64,000 bases of DNA. Source: a virus. Where the stretch lies: positions 19,953-83,952 of IMG/VR virus record IMGVR_UViG_3300047310_000412; one strand, 5' to 3'. Positions within the stretch are counted from its first letter, which is position 1. Every line of letters starts with the position of its first letter. Below the pieces are notes generated by a model. The model saw only the letters and a program-made list of their open reading frames with translations. It had not been told where the DNA came from and did not search any database. This document shows positions 9,467-18,487 of this stretch, piece by piece. A program made the position numbers and the translations under genes.

Positions 9467-10477
9467 ATGCTAGAAACCAACGGCTATAACCTCAGTAGCC
9501 AACAACGCGCCGTCATCGATTACATGCGTAGCGTCTACCAGATCGATGACATCAAAGTGCGGGCGGGAGGCAAGCATCTGCACGTCGAATATGTCTACGC
9601 GGGGCGCAGGCACAAAGATACGTTCCCGCGAGGCAGAGGCCTCGATCCCAACTGGGTCGATACCAGAAAGCACGATCTGCGCAAGGAGCTTGGCTCACCA
9701 CCGGCCGATCCGCCGCAACCAACCAAGAGGAAACTCGATGATATGACACAGGAAGTCCAAGCAAGGGCCGATCTGCTAGGCAGCACCGCTGCCGGTGCGG
9801 TGATCCATCCCAAGGCAAAGGCGACGATCGCCACCGGTAAGACCGCAACCGCGCCGCCCCCGGTGCCGCACCAGCATTACGGCTGCACCATCGGGACACT
9901 CAAGAACTCGACCAACATCGCGTTTTATCTGGGCCTTGAACTATACGCGGCGATGGAACTGCAATTTGGCAAGGGACGGCGCTACGTCTTCTCGTACCAC
10001 CATCCCAATACGTGGACCGCCCGCCCGAGCCGTGACGCGGGCCAGATAATCGATCCGGCCAATCACCGGCTGCGCTGTGCCGGTGCCGAGGCGATCAAGC
10101 GTCTGGGCATGTTCGCCTCAACCAAGGCCGAGGCGATCATCCACCACAACCGCGTCGAGTTCCGGATGATGCTGCCGGTCTCTACGACGTTTGAAGCGGA
10201 ACCGGCAATTGCCATGCCGGCCACGGCAATTGCCACGCCGCCGCGTGCAGAAGTTGGTGCCCCCGTCGCCCCGATCGCCATCGTGATGAGCGAACCGAGG
10301 CCGATCAGGGCAGCGCCACCGCCGCCGCCGGCCGATCCGCGCGAGCGGCTGCGGCATGTGCTGCGGCTGATCCGGCAGATCGAGGAGGAGGGCGTCTACC
10401 GGCTGATCCCCAACGACAGCATAGGCAACAGCAACGGCTGGCGCTGGCGGGCAACCGATATCGGGCTGGAGGATTAA
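9467..10477 (+). CDS. hypothetical protein
   Basis: GAGGAG RBS before ATG 9467; Pro/Ala-rich linkers. Confidence 0.7.
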   Translation: MLETNGYNLSSQQRAVIDYMRSVYQIDDIKVRAGGKHLHVEYVYAGRRHKDTFPRGRGLDPNWVDTRKHDLRKELGSPPADPPQPTKRKLDDMTQEVQARADLLGSTAAGAVIHPKAKATIATGKTATAPPPVPHQHYGCTIGTLKNSTNIAFYLGLELYAAMELQFGKGRRYVFSYHHPNTWTARPSRDAGQIIDPANHRLRCAGAEAIKRLGMFASTKAEAIIHHNRVEFRMMLPVSTTFEAEPAIAMPATAIATPPRAEVGAPVAPIAIVMSEPRPIRAAPPPPPADPRERLRHVLRLIRQIEEEGVYRLIPNDSIGNSNGWRWRATDIGLED

Positions 10478-10709
10478 AATGAGCGTCATCATCGAGACCT
10501 GCCCAAAATGTGGCGCGCAGGGTTTTGCCTTCATCTGTTCAGAACCGGGATGTCCGGTTAACGGAGGGGCTGCTTATGGGCCAGAGCCGCCACCGGATGA
10601 ACCAGCCGAGCCGTGCATCATCCCGCCCGGTGAGCCGCTTCGTTTCCGCGAATAACCCACTGGTAAAGATTTCCCCCTACGGGGGAAATCCGAGCCGGGG
10701 AAGAACCCA

Positions 10710-10964
10710 ATGCCGATCGTCTGGGCGCAAGCCCCATCCTCCTACACCGACAGCACGTCGGGTTACGGCGACATCCTCCGCTACGTCAGCCGCTACGGCC
10801 GCCTCGACACCTACGACCTCCTTCTGTCGAACTTCGAAAACGTCAATTACACCACCGATCCCGAGCGGCGCGAAGGCTGGCTCGACCGGCACGCTGCCGC
10901 TACCAAGCGACGGCAGAAAAAGCGAGTATTTTTCCGCCGCCATCCCTTGACACATAGGCCATAA
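10710..10964 (+). CDS. hypothetical protein
   Basis: 84 aa, co-oriented. Confidence 0.5.
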   Translation: MPIVWAQAPSSYTDSTSGYGDILRYVSRYGRLDTYDLLLSNFENVNYTTDPERREGWLDRHAAATKRRQKKRVFFRRHPLTHRP

Positions 10965-10990
10965 CTCCCTATATATAAAGCGAAGGGAGA
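10946..10990 (+). promoter_or_regulatory. sigma70-type promoter + RBS
   Basis: CTTGAC-N17-CTATAT; 10967-10990 is identical to 21659-21682. Confidence 0.8.
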
Positions 10991-11106
10991 TTGGTCATGA
11001 TGATCGCTGGTGCAATGCTTCTGATCGCTGCGGCCCTCTATTTCATGTCCTGCCTGGAGGCCGGTGAGCCTCACCAATATCAAGCTATCCAAGCGGAGTA
11101 TTGATC

Positions 11107-11343
11107 ATGAGCAAGAAAGCTATCGCTCTCGAAATTCTCGCGGCGGGCGGCTATTTCCGGAAGGCTCTGGAAAGCAGCTACTACGGTGGCGAGAAGTTCG
11201 CAACGCGGCTCTACCGGCCCGGCCGGATTGCCGTCAAGGGGATTGGCATCAAGACGCTTTGGGCGCTTGAGGCCGAGGGCTTGCTGAAAAAGCGGTCCTG
11301 CCCGAAAAGCTCCACGTGGGGCGAGGAATGGGAGCTAGCGTAA
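11107..11343 (+). CDS. hypothetical protein
   Basis: GGAG RBS; TAATG coupling to the next gene. Confidence 0.6.
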   Translation: MSKKAIALEILAAGGYFRKALESSYYGGEKFATRLYRPGRIAVKGIGIKTLWALEAEGLLKKRSCPKSSTWGEEWELA

Positions 11344-11558
11344 TGGCTTGGAACCAAAGCTCTGCCTTCCCATCCGAGCGGCTGCGGAAGCGGGACGCCC
11401 GGTGGGATGAACGGGGACTGGCCTACTGGCAGCAGAAGCTGACCGAGACCGAGGCCAAGTTCATGGCTGCGCGGGCGTCTGCATCCCAGGCAAGACGGGC
11501 AATGCAACGGTTTGAAGAGGCGAAATACGCCGTCTGGACGCTTGAACAATCACGGTAA
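11343..11558 (+). CDS. hypothetical coiled-coil protein
   Basis: Coupled start at 11343. Confidence 0.55.
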   Translation: MAWNQSSAFPSERLRKRDARWDERGLAYWQQKLTETEAKFMAARASASQARRAMQRFEEAKYAVWTLEQSR

Positions 11559-11614
11559 AGGCGTTATATGTAAAGCGGACGCGGGAAATCGTTTCCGGTC
11601 CCAAAAGCGGGAGA
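11541..11614 (+). promoter_or_regulatory. promoter + stem-loop + RBS cassette (copy 2)
   Basis: CTTGAA-N17-TTATAT; GGACGCGGGAAA-TCG-TTTCCGGTCC; GGGAG. Confidence 0.8.
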
Positions 11615-11621
11615 TAAAACC

Positions 11622-12548
11622 GTGGCAGCACCAACCAAATTATATTGGGCTTATGGCTCAAATCTCAACATGCAGCAGATGATCCGGCGGTGTCCGGCGG
11701 CGGTGCCGCTTGAGGCGCTGGTCGTGCAAAATCTCATCCTGCGGTTCCGGGGCGTCGCTGATGTCGCGTATCGGACGGGAGCCTATTGCGAAGGCGCGCT
11801 CTGGGCGATCACGCAGGAATGCGAGAAGGAACTCGATATCTATGAGGGCGTCGGCAACGGCAATTACGGTCTGTATCGGAAATGTTACTTCGACTACACC
11901 GATCCCGACAGCGGGATGGCGCACAAGGTTCTCTATTACAAGATGAACCGGCACGGCATCATGCCGCCGAGCGAGGGCTATCTCGACTGCATTGTCGAGG
12001 GCTACGCCGATTTCGGCATCGATACCGGCCGGCTGCTGCGGGCGCTGGAACATTCCTGGCGGAAGAAGGATTTGAGCGGCTTTATGTCCCAGCGGTGGCA
12101 TAAGGCGGGCAAGCCCAAGATGGCGCGGCCCGAGCGGATCGCCACGATCTACGGTGAAGCCGACGAAGCCGACGAGGAGGACAACGGCAACATCGCCGCG
12201 CTCCGGACCGAACTCGCGCCCGAGGAACTGCCCGATTTGCCGCCGCCGGCCAAGCAGAAGATCAAGCGGCAACCGGTGAAGCTCAACGGCCGGGAAATCG
12301 GCGTGATCAAGCGGCGGGTCTCGGATGAGCCGCTGCCGGATGTCTGCTTGCGGATCGATCCGGACAATGGCAACCACTGTCGGGCGGTCACGCTCAGCGA
12401 GAAGGCCGAGGATTACTTCGCCGACAACATCAAGGCGGCGAAGCTCGCCAGCGAGTGGCTCTTCCGGTTCTCGACGCACGTGGTCGCCGGCCTCCTGCAA
12501 AAGAAGGGGCTGACCGTCGCCATCCTTGAAAAGCTGAAAAAGTCATGA
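11622..12548 (+). CDS. gamma-glutamylcyclotransferase (GGCT/AIG2-like) with C-terminal extension
   Basis: LYWAYGSNLN...RCP...FRGVAD...GALW...LDIYEG. Confidence 0.88.
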   Translation: MAAPTKLYWAYGSNLNMQQMIRRCPAAVPLEALVVQNLILRFRGVADVAYRTGAYCEGALWAITQECEKELDIYEGVGNGNYGLYRKCYFDYTDPDSGMAHKVLYYKMNRHGIMPPSEGYLDCIVEGYADFGIDTGRLLRALEHSWRKKDLSGFMSQRWHKAGKPKMARPERIATIYGEADEADEEDNGNIAALRTELAPEELPDLPPPAKQKIKRQPVKLNGREIGVIKRRVSDEPLPDVCLRIDPDNGNHCRAVTLSEKAEDYFADNIKAAKLASEWLFRFSTHVVAGLLQKKGLTVAILEKLKKS

Positions 12549-12862
12549 GATGCCAGACGTGCCAGGGCGACGGTAAACGCCTTAACCCGGGATTGATGGT
12601 CACCGTTTACGACGACGATCGTATCGATGTCCACAATCCCTGCTTTCTGCCGGTGATGGTCGAATGCCCCGAATGCCGGGGCAGCGGCGAAGCCAATGGC
12701 GTGGTGCCGTCACAGCGGATGAAGCTGACGATCGAGGATGTCGATGGCATGATCAGCGAAATCTGGCAGTACCAGCCGCTACTCAACGCCAAGCGCCGCG
12801 CCTTGCTCAACCGGCTCTACCGTGTGCGCCATAATCTCGAAATCATGCGGGGGGCGACATGA
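12545..12862 (+). CDS. CxxCxGxG zinc-finger protein
   Basis: CQTCQGDG and CPECRGSG. Confidence 0.65.
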   Translation: MRCQTCQGDGKRLNPGLMVTVYDDDRIDVHNPCFLPVMVECPECRGSGEANGVVPSQRMKLTIEDVDGMISEIWQYQPLLNAKRRALLNRLYRVRHNLEIMRGAT

Positions 12863-13176
12863 CCGATAGCATCGAGGACCAGCACCGCATTGCCCGCGAG
12901 CTATGGAACCGACAGCAGTCGCGCGCCGCCACCGGCAACCGCAGCGGTGAACCCGAATTGCTGGCCGAGGCGCGCGAGGCGCTGGGCTACACCACGCAAG
13001 GGCTGGCCAATTTCCTGGCTTATCGCGGGGACCACTGGCTGCGCCGCTGCGAGAAGGACGAAGCCGACATCCCGACGCTCTTGTGGCTGGTGCTCTTCTA
13101 CATGCTGCGCGAAGCCGACAAGCGTGAGTTAATGGATCGCGTTCACAACATCATTATTCAACGGAGGCCCGGTTGA
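12859..13176 (+). CDS. putative XRE-like helix-turn-helix protein
   Basis: LAEAREALGYTTQGLANFL...LRRCEKDEADIP. Confidence 0.55.
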   Translation: MTDSIEDQHRIARELWNRQQSRAATGNRSGEPELLAEAREALGYTTQGLANFLAYRGDHWLRRCEKDEADIPTLLWLVLFYMLREADKRELMDRVHNIIIQRRPG

Positions 13177-13266
13177 TTGTCGAAATAGTCGTCGCGGCGT
13201 GGATCGGGATTAACGTACTCGGTCTCGCCGCTGGTCTGATCGTCTACTTTCAGCGGAGGCGGACTG

Positions 13267-14208
13267 ATGGCAATCCTCTGGAGACAACTCTTCGACGCAA
13301 TCAACATCCGCTGGATCGATCGCGGGCATAATATCGGCAAAGACCACGTCAATATCCGCTGCCCGTGGTGCGGTCCCAGCGATCCCTCATATCATCTCGG
13401 GATCAATGAAGCGGACGGGGCCTACTACTGTCTGCGCTCGCATCCCCCGCATCACGGGCGATCACCGTACCGGCTCCTGGGCGAAGGCCTCAAGATCGAG
13501 CCGTACCGGATCGATGCGCTGCTGCGCAGCTATTCCGACGACAGTCCGCCGGTCCGCACCGTCCCCTACCACGACACCACCGAGTGGGACCGCTTCAAGA
13601 GCGTCACCGAGTATCCGATCGCGGTGAATTATCTGGTAGAGCGCGGTATCGATCCACCGCGACTGATCGCCCAGCGCTACGACTTGCGCTACGGCGGCAA
13701 TACCGGCCGGCATGCTTGGCGGATATTGCTGCCACTGCATCTGAGCGGTGCGCTGATCGGCTGGACCGGGCGGGCGATCCGCGATCAGACGCCGCGCTAT
13801 CAAGCCAATGATCCCACCGGTTCAGCCTCGCTCTACATCCCGGCCTTCCCGACCGAAGCGACGCGCGTGATCGTCATTGTCGAAGGGCCGTTCGACGCCA
13901 TCGCGATCACCGACGCCTTTTACTCGACGCACGAAATCATCGCGATTGCAATTGAAGGCCTCGCCGTCAATACGCGCCGTCGCCTTCATCTTGCTGATAT
14001 TATTGGCCTCGTAAAGAACCCGCGTCTATTGCTGACGCTCGATGCTGACCAAGATCGGAATACCGTGGAAAACTTCAAGGAACTGCTTGTATTAGGCACC
14101 AGTATTCCTCATCCTGAGAGTTTCCCGCTGCCCCCCGGCTTTAAGGATGCCGGGGAGATGTCACGTGGCGAAATCCGAGCTTGGTTTAAGCAACTGCCAA
14201 ATCAGTGA
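13267..14208 (+). CDS. DNA primase (Zn-binding domain + TOPRIM)
   Basis: CPWC..H...YYCLR; GWTGRAI; VEGPFDA; LDAD; KDAGEM. Confidence 0.85.
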   Translation: MAILWRQLFDAINIRWIDRGHNIGKDHVNIRCPWCGPSDPSYHLGINEADGAYYCLRSHPPHHGRSPYRLLGEGLKIEPYRIDALLRSYSDDSPPVRTVPYHDTTEWDRFKSVTEYPIAVNYLVERGIDPPRLIAQRYDLRYGGNTGRHAWRILLPLHLSGALIGWTGRAIRDQTPRYQANDPTGSASLYIPAFPTEATRVIVIVEGPFDAIAITDAFYSTHEIIAIAIEGLAVNTRRRLHLADIIGLVKNPRLLLTLDADQDRNTVENFKELLVLGTSIPHPESFPLPPGFKDAGEMSRGEIRAWFKQLPNQ

Positions 14209-14215
14209 GGGGACG

Positions 14216-14743
14216 ATGGCGGTAAACGGTTTTACACCGGAATGGCAAGGCGTCTTCGAAAACTGGACCAAGGCGTATTTTAAGGTCCACCACTGGAAAA
14301 TCCGCTGCGAGATGGATTTCAAGGATGCCGTGCAGGAGGGGGCGCGGATTTTCTCTTGGTGCCTGCGCAAGACCACGGCGCAGGGGGGCCGGATCGACAA
14401 TGAGAAATGGTTCATGCGCTACTACCAGCGTGCGGTGTCCACGTGGTTGATCGACAAGGCGGCAAAGGCTACCGCCCAACGTGATACTCTCCTGGCTCTG
14501 GTCCAACAGCAGCCAGTTAGCACTACCGATCAAAACGGGCCGCTTTTCACCGCACTCAAACACGATACGTCCAGCGAATTACAGCACGTGCTGCGCGTCA
14601 TCACCGGAACACCGAGCGAGTTCTTCCTTGGCATGTTGTTAAGCTCCGGTCCGGACAATGTCTGGTCGCGGCGGATATGTCGGCTGTGCGGCATTCCGGT
14701 CAACGAGAATATCATCGGCGAACTGCGCAAGCTACTAGAGTAG
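14216..14743 (+). CDS. possible sigma-factor-like protein (region 2-like)
   Basis: DFKDAVQEGARIF...WFMRYYQRAVSTWLID resembles sigma region 2 (DLxQEG...FxxY...xxxIID). Confidence 0.45.
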   Translation: MAVNGFTPEWQGVFENWTKAYFKVHHWKIRCEMDFKDAVQEGARIFSWCLRKTTAQGGRIDNEKWFMRYYQRAVSTWLIDKAAKATAQRDTLLALVQQQPVSTTDQNGPLFTALKHDTSSELQHVLRVITGTPSEFFLGMLLSSGPDNVWSRRICRLCGIPVNENIIGELRKLLE

Positions 14744-14749
14744 ATCGAC

Positions 14750-14778
14750 CTTGCCAGTCGATACTCCAATAATTATAT
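14750..14778 (+). promoter_or_regulatory. sigma70-type promoter
   Basis: CTTGCC-N17-TTATAT. Confidence 0.6.
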
Positions 14779-14803
14779 TAATCCCCCAATGGAAGGAGCA
14801 ATC

Positions 14804-15376
14804 ATGCCGGAAACGACAGATACTACCGCCGAGACCGAGGCTGAACACACGATCAACAGCGAAATGCTCGCCGCGATCAAACAGTTCAAGCCGAGCTTCC
14901 GGGCGCAAGGCGTAAACGAGGAAGACGAAAAGTACATCACGCGCTTCCTGCAAGCCGTCGCCGACGTGCCGGATGAACTCTATAATGCGCTCTCGCCCGA
15001 GGCCCTGGATTATTTCGCCGAGGCCGCGAAAATCTCCAATGCCCAAGGCACACCGTCACCGCCAGAAGGCTTTGTCTCGAATTACAAGCCAAAGCCCGCC
15101 AAGGAGGCCAAGAAGAAGCTGATCACGCGCGAAAGGCCGCAGAAGCCGGTCAAGACCGTGGGACCGACAATGGGGACGCTGATCCGCCGGGCAATCATCG
15201 ACAACCGCAATATCTCCGTTCAAGACCTGGAGACCATGCTAGCGGCGAACGGCTTTACCGACATCAAGCGCTCGACCGTCTTCTCGTTCCAGCGCGGCTC
15301 GCTGGACACGCTGAAGGTAGCCGAGGCGATGGGCCGCTTTACGTGGCCAGCGGGGCAAGCTGCTGCTGCGGATTAA
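14804..15376 (+). CDS. hypothetical protein
   Basis: GAAGGAG RBS; has its own promoter and terminator. Confidence 0.75.
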   Translation: MPETTDTTAETEAEHTINSEMLAAIKQFKPSFRAQGVNEEDEKYITRFLQAVADVPDELYNALSPEALDYFAEAAKISNAQGTPSPPEGFVSNYKPKPAKEAKKKLITRERPQKPVKTVGPTMGTLIRRAIIDNRNISVQDLETMLAANGFTDIKRSTVFSFQRGSLDTLKVAEAMGRFTWPAGQAAAAD

Positions 15377-15405
15377 GGAGACTAAACCTAACCGGTTTAG
15401 TTACC

Positions 15406-15434
15406 GAGGCCCCCGTAAAAAGCGGGGGCCTTTT
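15406..15434 (+). terminator. rho-independent terminator
   Basis: AGGCCCCCG-TAAAAAG-CGGGGGCCT-TTT. Confidence 0.7.
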
Positions 15435-15457
15435 CGTTGGGGTATAAGAGAGGCAGC

Positions 15458-16417
15458 ATGGCACAGGATCGGGAAAAAAGCATGGATGACGCAGCCCCGC
15501 AAATGGTCACGCAAGAGCGCGCCGGGCCGATCGACAAATCGGTGCTGCTCTTCTCGGGAGGTATGGACAGCCTCTGCTACGCCCGTCTGCTCAAGCCGGA
15601 TTTGCTGCTCTACATCCCGACCGGCGCGCGCTACGAGGATACCGAAAGCTGGTGGGTCAGCCAGTTGCTGTTCCAGCACATGCTGCCAGACGCGTGTGAG
15701 TTCCTAACACTGGGCGGGGTGCTCGATCTGGGGCGCTACGAGCGCGACGATCTGATCGTCCCCAACCGCAACGCCCATCTCTTGATGCTGGCCTCGCATT
15801 ACGGCGATCGGCTCTATCTCTCATCGGTCGAAGGCGACCGCTCAACCGACAAGGACGAGCAGTTCTACGCGCTGATGACCGTGCTGCTCGACCACATGTG
15901 GCAAAAGCAGCACTGGACCGATCGCCGCTGCTTCAAGATCGAAGCCCCGTTCAAGGAGTTCACCAAGCGGCAACTCGTCGCCATGTACTTAGAGAACGGC
16001 GGCGATCCGGATGGCTTCCGCGTCAGCTATTCCTGCTATCGCGGCGAGCGCAAGCACTGCGGCACGTGCAAGCCGTGCTTCCGCAAGCGCGTCGCGCTCG
16101 AACTCAACAACATCATGCTCAAGGATTACTGGGAGAAGGATTTCTGGCACTGCCGCTGGTACACCGATCTGCTGCCGATGATCCAGACTGGCCAGTATCG
16201 CGGGACCGAGGACGCAGATGTCATGGCATTTGCCAACCGTATCCGATGTCCGAGCCATCCGACAGCGAGCTTGTTGCCCGGCAATATTCGATCCTCCGCG
16301 AACTCGATGAGCACAAGCAAAGCAAGGCCGCACTCGAAACCGAAATGCAGCAGATCGCAACCGAGCTACAACGCCGGCTCGATGCCGAGCGCGAAGCCTA
16401 CTGGGTCGAAATCATGA
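15458..16417 (+). CDS. queC: QueC-like 7-cyano-7-deazaguanine synthase family protein; the natural end is probably near 16246
   Basis: PP-loop SGGMDS, VPNRN, SYSCY, HCGTCKPC. Confidence 0.8.
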   Translation: MAQDREKSMDDAAPQMVTQERAGPIDKSVLLFSGGMDSLCYARLLKPDLLLYIPTGARYEDTESWWVSQLLFQHMLPDACEFLTLGGVLDLGRYERDDLIVPNRNAHLLMLASHYGDRLYLSSVEGDRSTDKDEQFYALMTVLLDHMWQKQHWTDRRCFKIEAPFKEFTKRQLVAMYLENGGDPDGFRVSYSCYRGERKHCGTCKPCFRKRVALELNNIMLKDYWEKDFWHCRWYTDLLPMIQTGQYRGTEDADVMAFANRIRCPSHPTASLLPGNIRSSANSMSTSKARPHSKPKCSRSQPSYNAGSMPSAKPTGSKS

Positions 16418-17001
16418 CCAGCAACGAAGCCGCCGATCGCTTTGTCCGAAAATATAATGGCGGAAAATTCGTCCCCTGGACCCGGCAAGCAAATTACAAA
16501 AAAGGAGTATATGGCCATATCATCTATTGGCCGCCTGACACCCCCAATTGGGTTTGTCACGACGAGCGTCAGCCAATGATAATGCGCGCCTGCTGTGGTG
16601 CGATTATCAACCAAACCGGCTCACGGCATTTTCACGATGTCTTGGTTCGCTATCTACGGCGTCGCCGCTATAACGAAACTGATCCCCACGAGATAAGACA
16701 ATTTATTAAAGTTTTGCTGGACAGGCTCGTCAATAACTGGGCGGTCAAGCGAGGACATGCGTGGTTCTCGCAAGCACGGTCGCATCATTTGCACCGGATT
16801 GCACTCGAACTCGCTGATCCGGATTATGCATTTTACCGAGGAACACGCCGCTGGCGTGACGACACCAAAACGGTCGTTGTCGAAAAGATCGTTGAAAAAC
16901 AGGTCTTTGTTGTACAGCGGCGTAAGCTCAGCCAGCGTAGCGATCGGATCATCGCCGACGCCGTCCGAGGACTTGGGTTAATCAAGGAGCAGAAGAAATG
17001 A
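16246..17001 (+). CDS. hypothetical protein
   Basis: Protein-like composition begins at MSEPSDSEL; ATGA coupling to the next gene. Confidence 0.65.
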   Translation: MSEPSDSELVARQYSILRELDEHKQSKAALETEMQQIATELQRRLDAEREAYWVEIMTSNEAADRFVRKYNGGKFVPWTRQANYKKGVYGHIIYWPPDTPNWVCHDERQPMIMRACCGAIINQTGSRHFHDVLVRYLRRRRYNETDPHEIRQFIKVLLDRLVNNWAVKRGHAWFSQARSHHLHRIALELADPDYAFYRGTRRWRDDTKTVVVEKIVEKQVFVVQRRKLSQRSDRIIADAVRGLGLIKEQKK

Positions 17002-17495
17002 GCAGGATCGAACTGACGCTGGCCCTTACCGAACTAATCCAGAGCTTGCCGCGTCGTACTCGGCGCGTGCGTGAAGAACGCTGGCGCAATCTCGTTACCA
17101 GCAATCCGCTATTGGCTGAAGCCGCCGCCGACTTTTTCTTCTCGCTCTATTATCGGAATGTTCTCGCGACACTGTCAGCAGGCCCGGAAACCGAGCGGCA
17201 GCGCCGCTCACGGGCCGCTGTTTTGGTGCAGATCGAAGCCGATTGGGCGGCAGAAGTCGCTGCTACTCAAGCGGAAATCGTCAATAATCTGCTGGAATTT
17301 TTAACGCCGCTGGGCAAGCCGTTAGGCGATTGCACGGGAGCGGAATGCCTCCACATGGAAGGATTTTTTGGCCGTGTCGGCAGATCGATCCCTGCCAATG
17401 GCCGTGTGCGCGAATACCTCAACAACAACGAATTGCGCGACATGATACGACAGCAAATGCCGAGCAACCAAAACGAGCAGAGAACCAACGTTTGA
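16998..17495 (+). CDS. hypothetical protein
   Basis: AAGGAG RBS; coupled start. Confidence 0.65.
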   Translation: MSRIELTLALTELIQSLPRRTRRVREERWRNLVTSNPLLAEAAADFFFSLYYRNVLATLSAGPETERQRRSRAAVLVQIEADWAAEVAATQAEIVNNLLEFLTPLGKPLGDCTGAECLHMEGFFGRVGRSIPANGRVREYLNNNELRDMIRQQMPSNQNEQRTNV

Positions 17496-17505
17496 GGAGG
17501 AAGTC

Positions 17506-17865
17506 ATGTTTTGGAAGAAGTTTCGCGAGGAACAGGAACGCCGCCGCCGCGAAGAGCAGGATCGCCGTCGTCGCGAGGAGCAATACCGCCAGGATGCAGC
17601 CGCTCGCCGCAGTCAGGAGGATACGGCCTTGATGACCAATGCCGTGACGATTGCCACGCTGGCAGCGCAACAGGATACACCGACGCAGTCCGCCAAGCCG
17701 ACGCCGGATACGCATACGCCAACCGGCACCACGCACCACCACACCGCGACGCACCATGCCGATACCACCACGCATCACGCCGATAGCGGCGTCACGCACC
17801 ACCACGTCGATACGACGCCTTCAATGCCCGACAGCGGGAGCGGCGGCAGTTTCACCGGTTGCTAA
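17506..17865 (+). CDS. low-complexity Arg/Glu- and His/Thr-rich protein
   Basis: GAGGAGG RBS. Confidence 0.6.
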   Translation: MFWKKFREEQERRRREEQDRRRREEQYRQDAAARRSQEDTALMTNAVTIATLAAQQDTPTQSAKPTPDTHTPTGTTHHHTATHHADTTTHHADSGVTHHHVDTTPSMPDSGSGGSFTGC

Positions 17866-18046
17866 AGAGGCTACGCGATTGAACCCGAACCAGCGCGCCG
17901 CCTTTATCCTGACCGTGCTGGGCTTCCTACCGGTCGCCGTCCACGGTCCTGGCGTGGTCCATCACAGCATGGCGCATTACATACTGCTGGCGAGCTTCCT
18001 CATCGGCATGCTCGCCTTTGGCTGGATGATCAGCATCTGGAAATAA

Positions 18047-18302
18047 ACCCGGACCGCCGGCCTGCTACCGCGCCCGGTCTGTGAGCTTAATTAGGCAGGC
18101 ACTCCCTCACAGCATTGGCGCATGCCGGTGATCCGCGTCGCTCGATGTCCCTGGTCCCATCGCAGGGCACCTCACAAACGCAAACGGCCGACAAACTAGC
18201 GGTCTCAGCGCTGAAGCCGCAGCACTCATCGAGAGCAAGGGTGACCGGTTCTGGCCATGGGTCGCAGCCGCTCCGGTAGGCGATCCCTCGATTGCGCCAA
18301 TC
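18047..18302 (-). ncRNA. candidate structured non-coding RNA
   Basis: Own promoter; 9-bp 5' closing stem; internal stems; two 3' hairpins with complementary loops. Confidence 0.5.
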
Positions 18303-18307
18303 ACTAG

Positions 18308-18336
18308 ACTATACCCTGCCAAAATAAATACTCCAA
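18308..18336 (-). promoter_or_regulatory. sigma70-type promoter for the candidate ncRNA
   Basis: TTGGAG-N17-TATAGT on the minus strand, back-to-back with the 18351 promoter. Confidence 0.55.
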
Positions 18337-18350
18337 AAGCCGATTACGGC

Positions 18351-18379
18351 CTTGCAATATGAGGTAGTATTCCCCATAT
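18351..18379 (+). promoter_or_regulatory. sigma70-type promoter
   Basis: CTTGCA-N17-CCATAT. Confidence 0.7.
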
Positions 18380-18487
18380 GTATAGTGCGGCGGATGGCCG
18401 TGTGGGAGAAAGGGAAAAGAGGAAAGCCGGAAGATCGCGGAGGCCGCCTGGAGGCTGGCCTCCGATCCTGTAACCGAGGAGAGGATA

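Noticed and set aside
18047-18302. Retron msr-msd or SRP Alu identity for the ncRNA candidate
   Set aside because: The terminal inverted repeat and CCGGGCGCGGT are suggestive only. There is no reverse transcriptase in the window, no long msd hairpin and no SRP S-domain motif.
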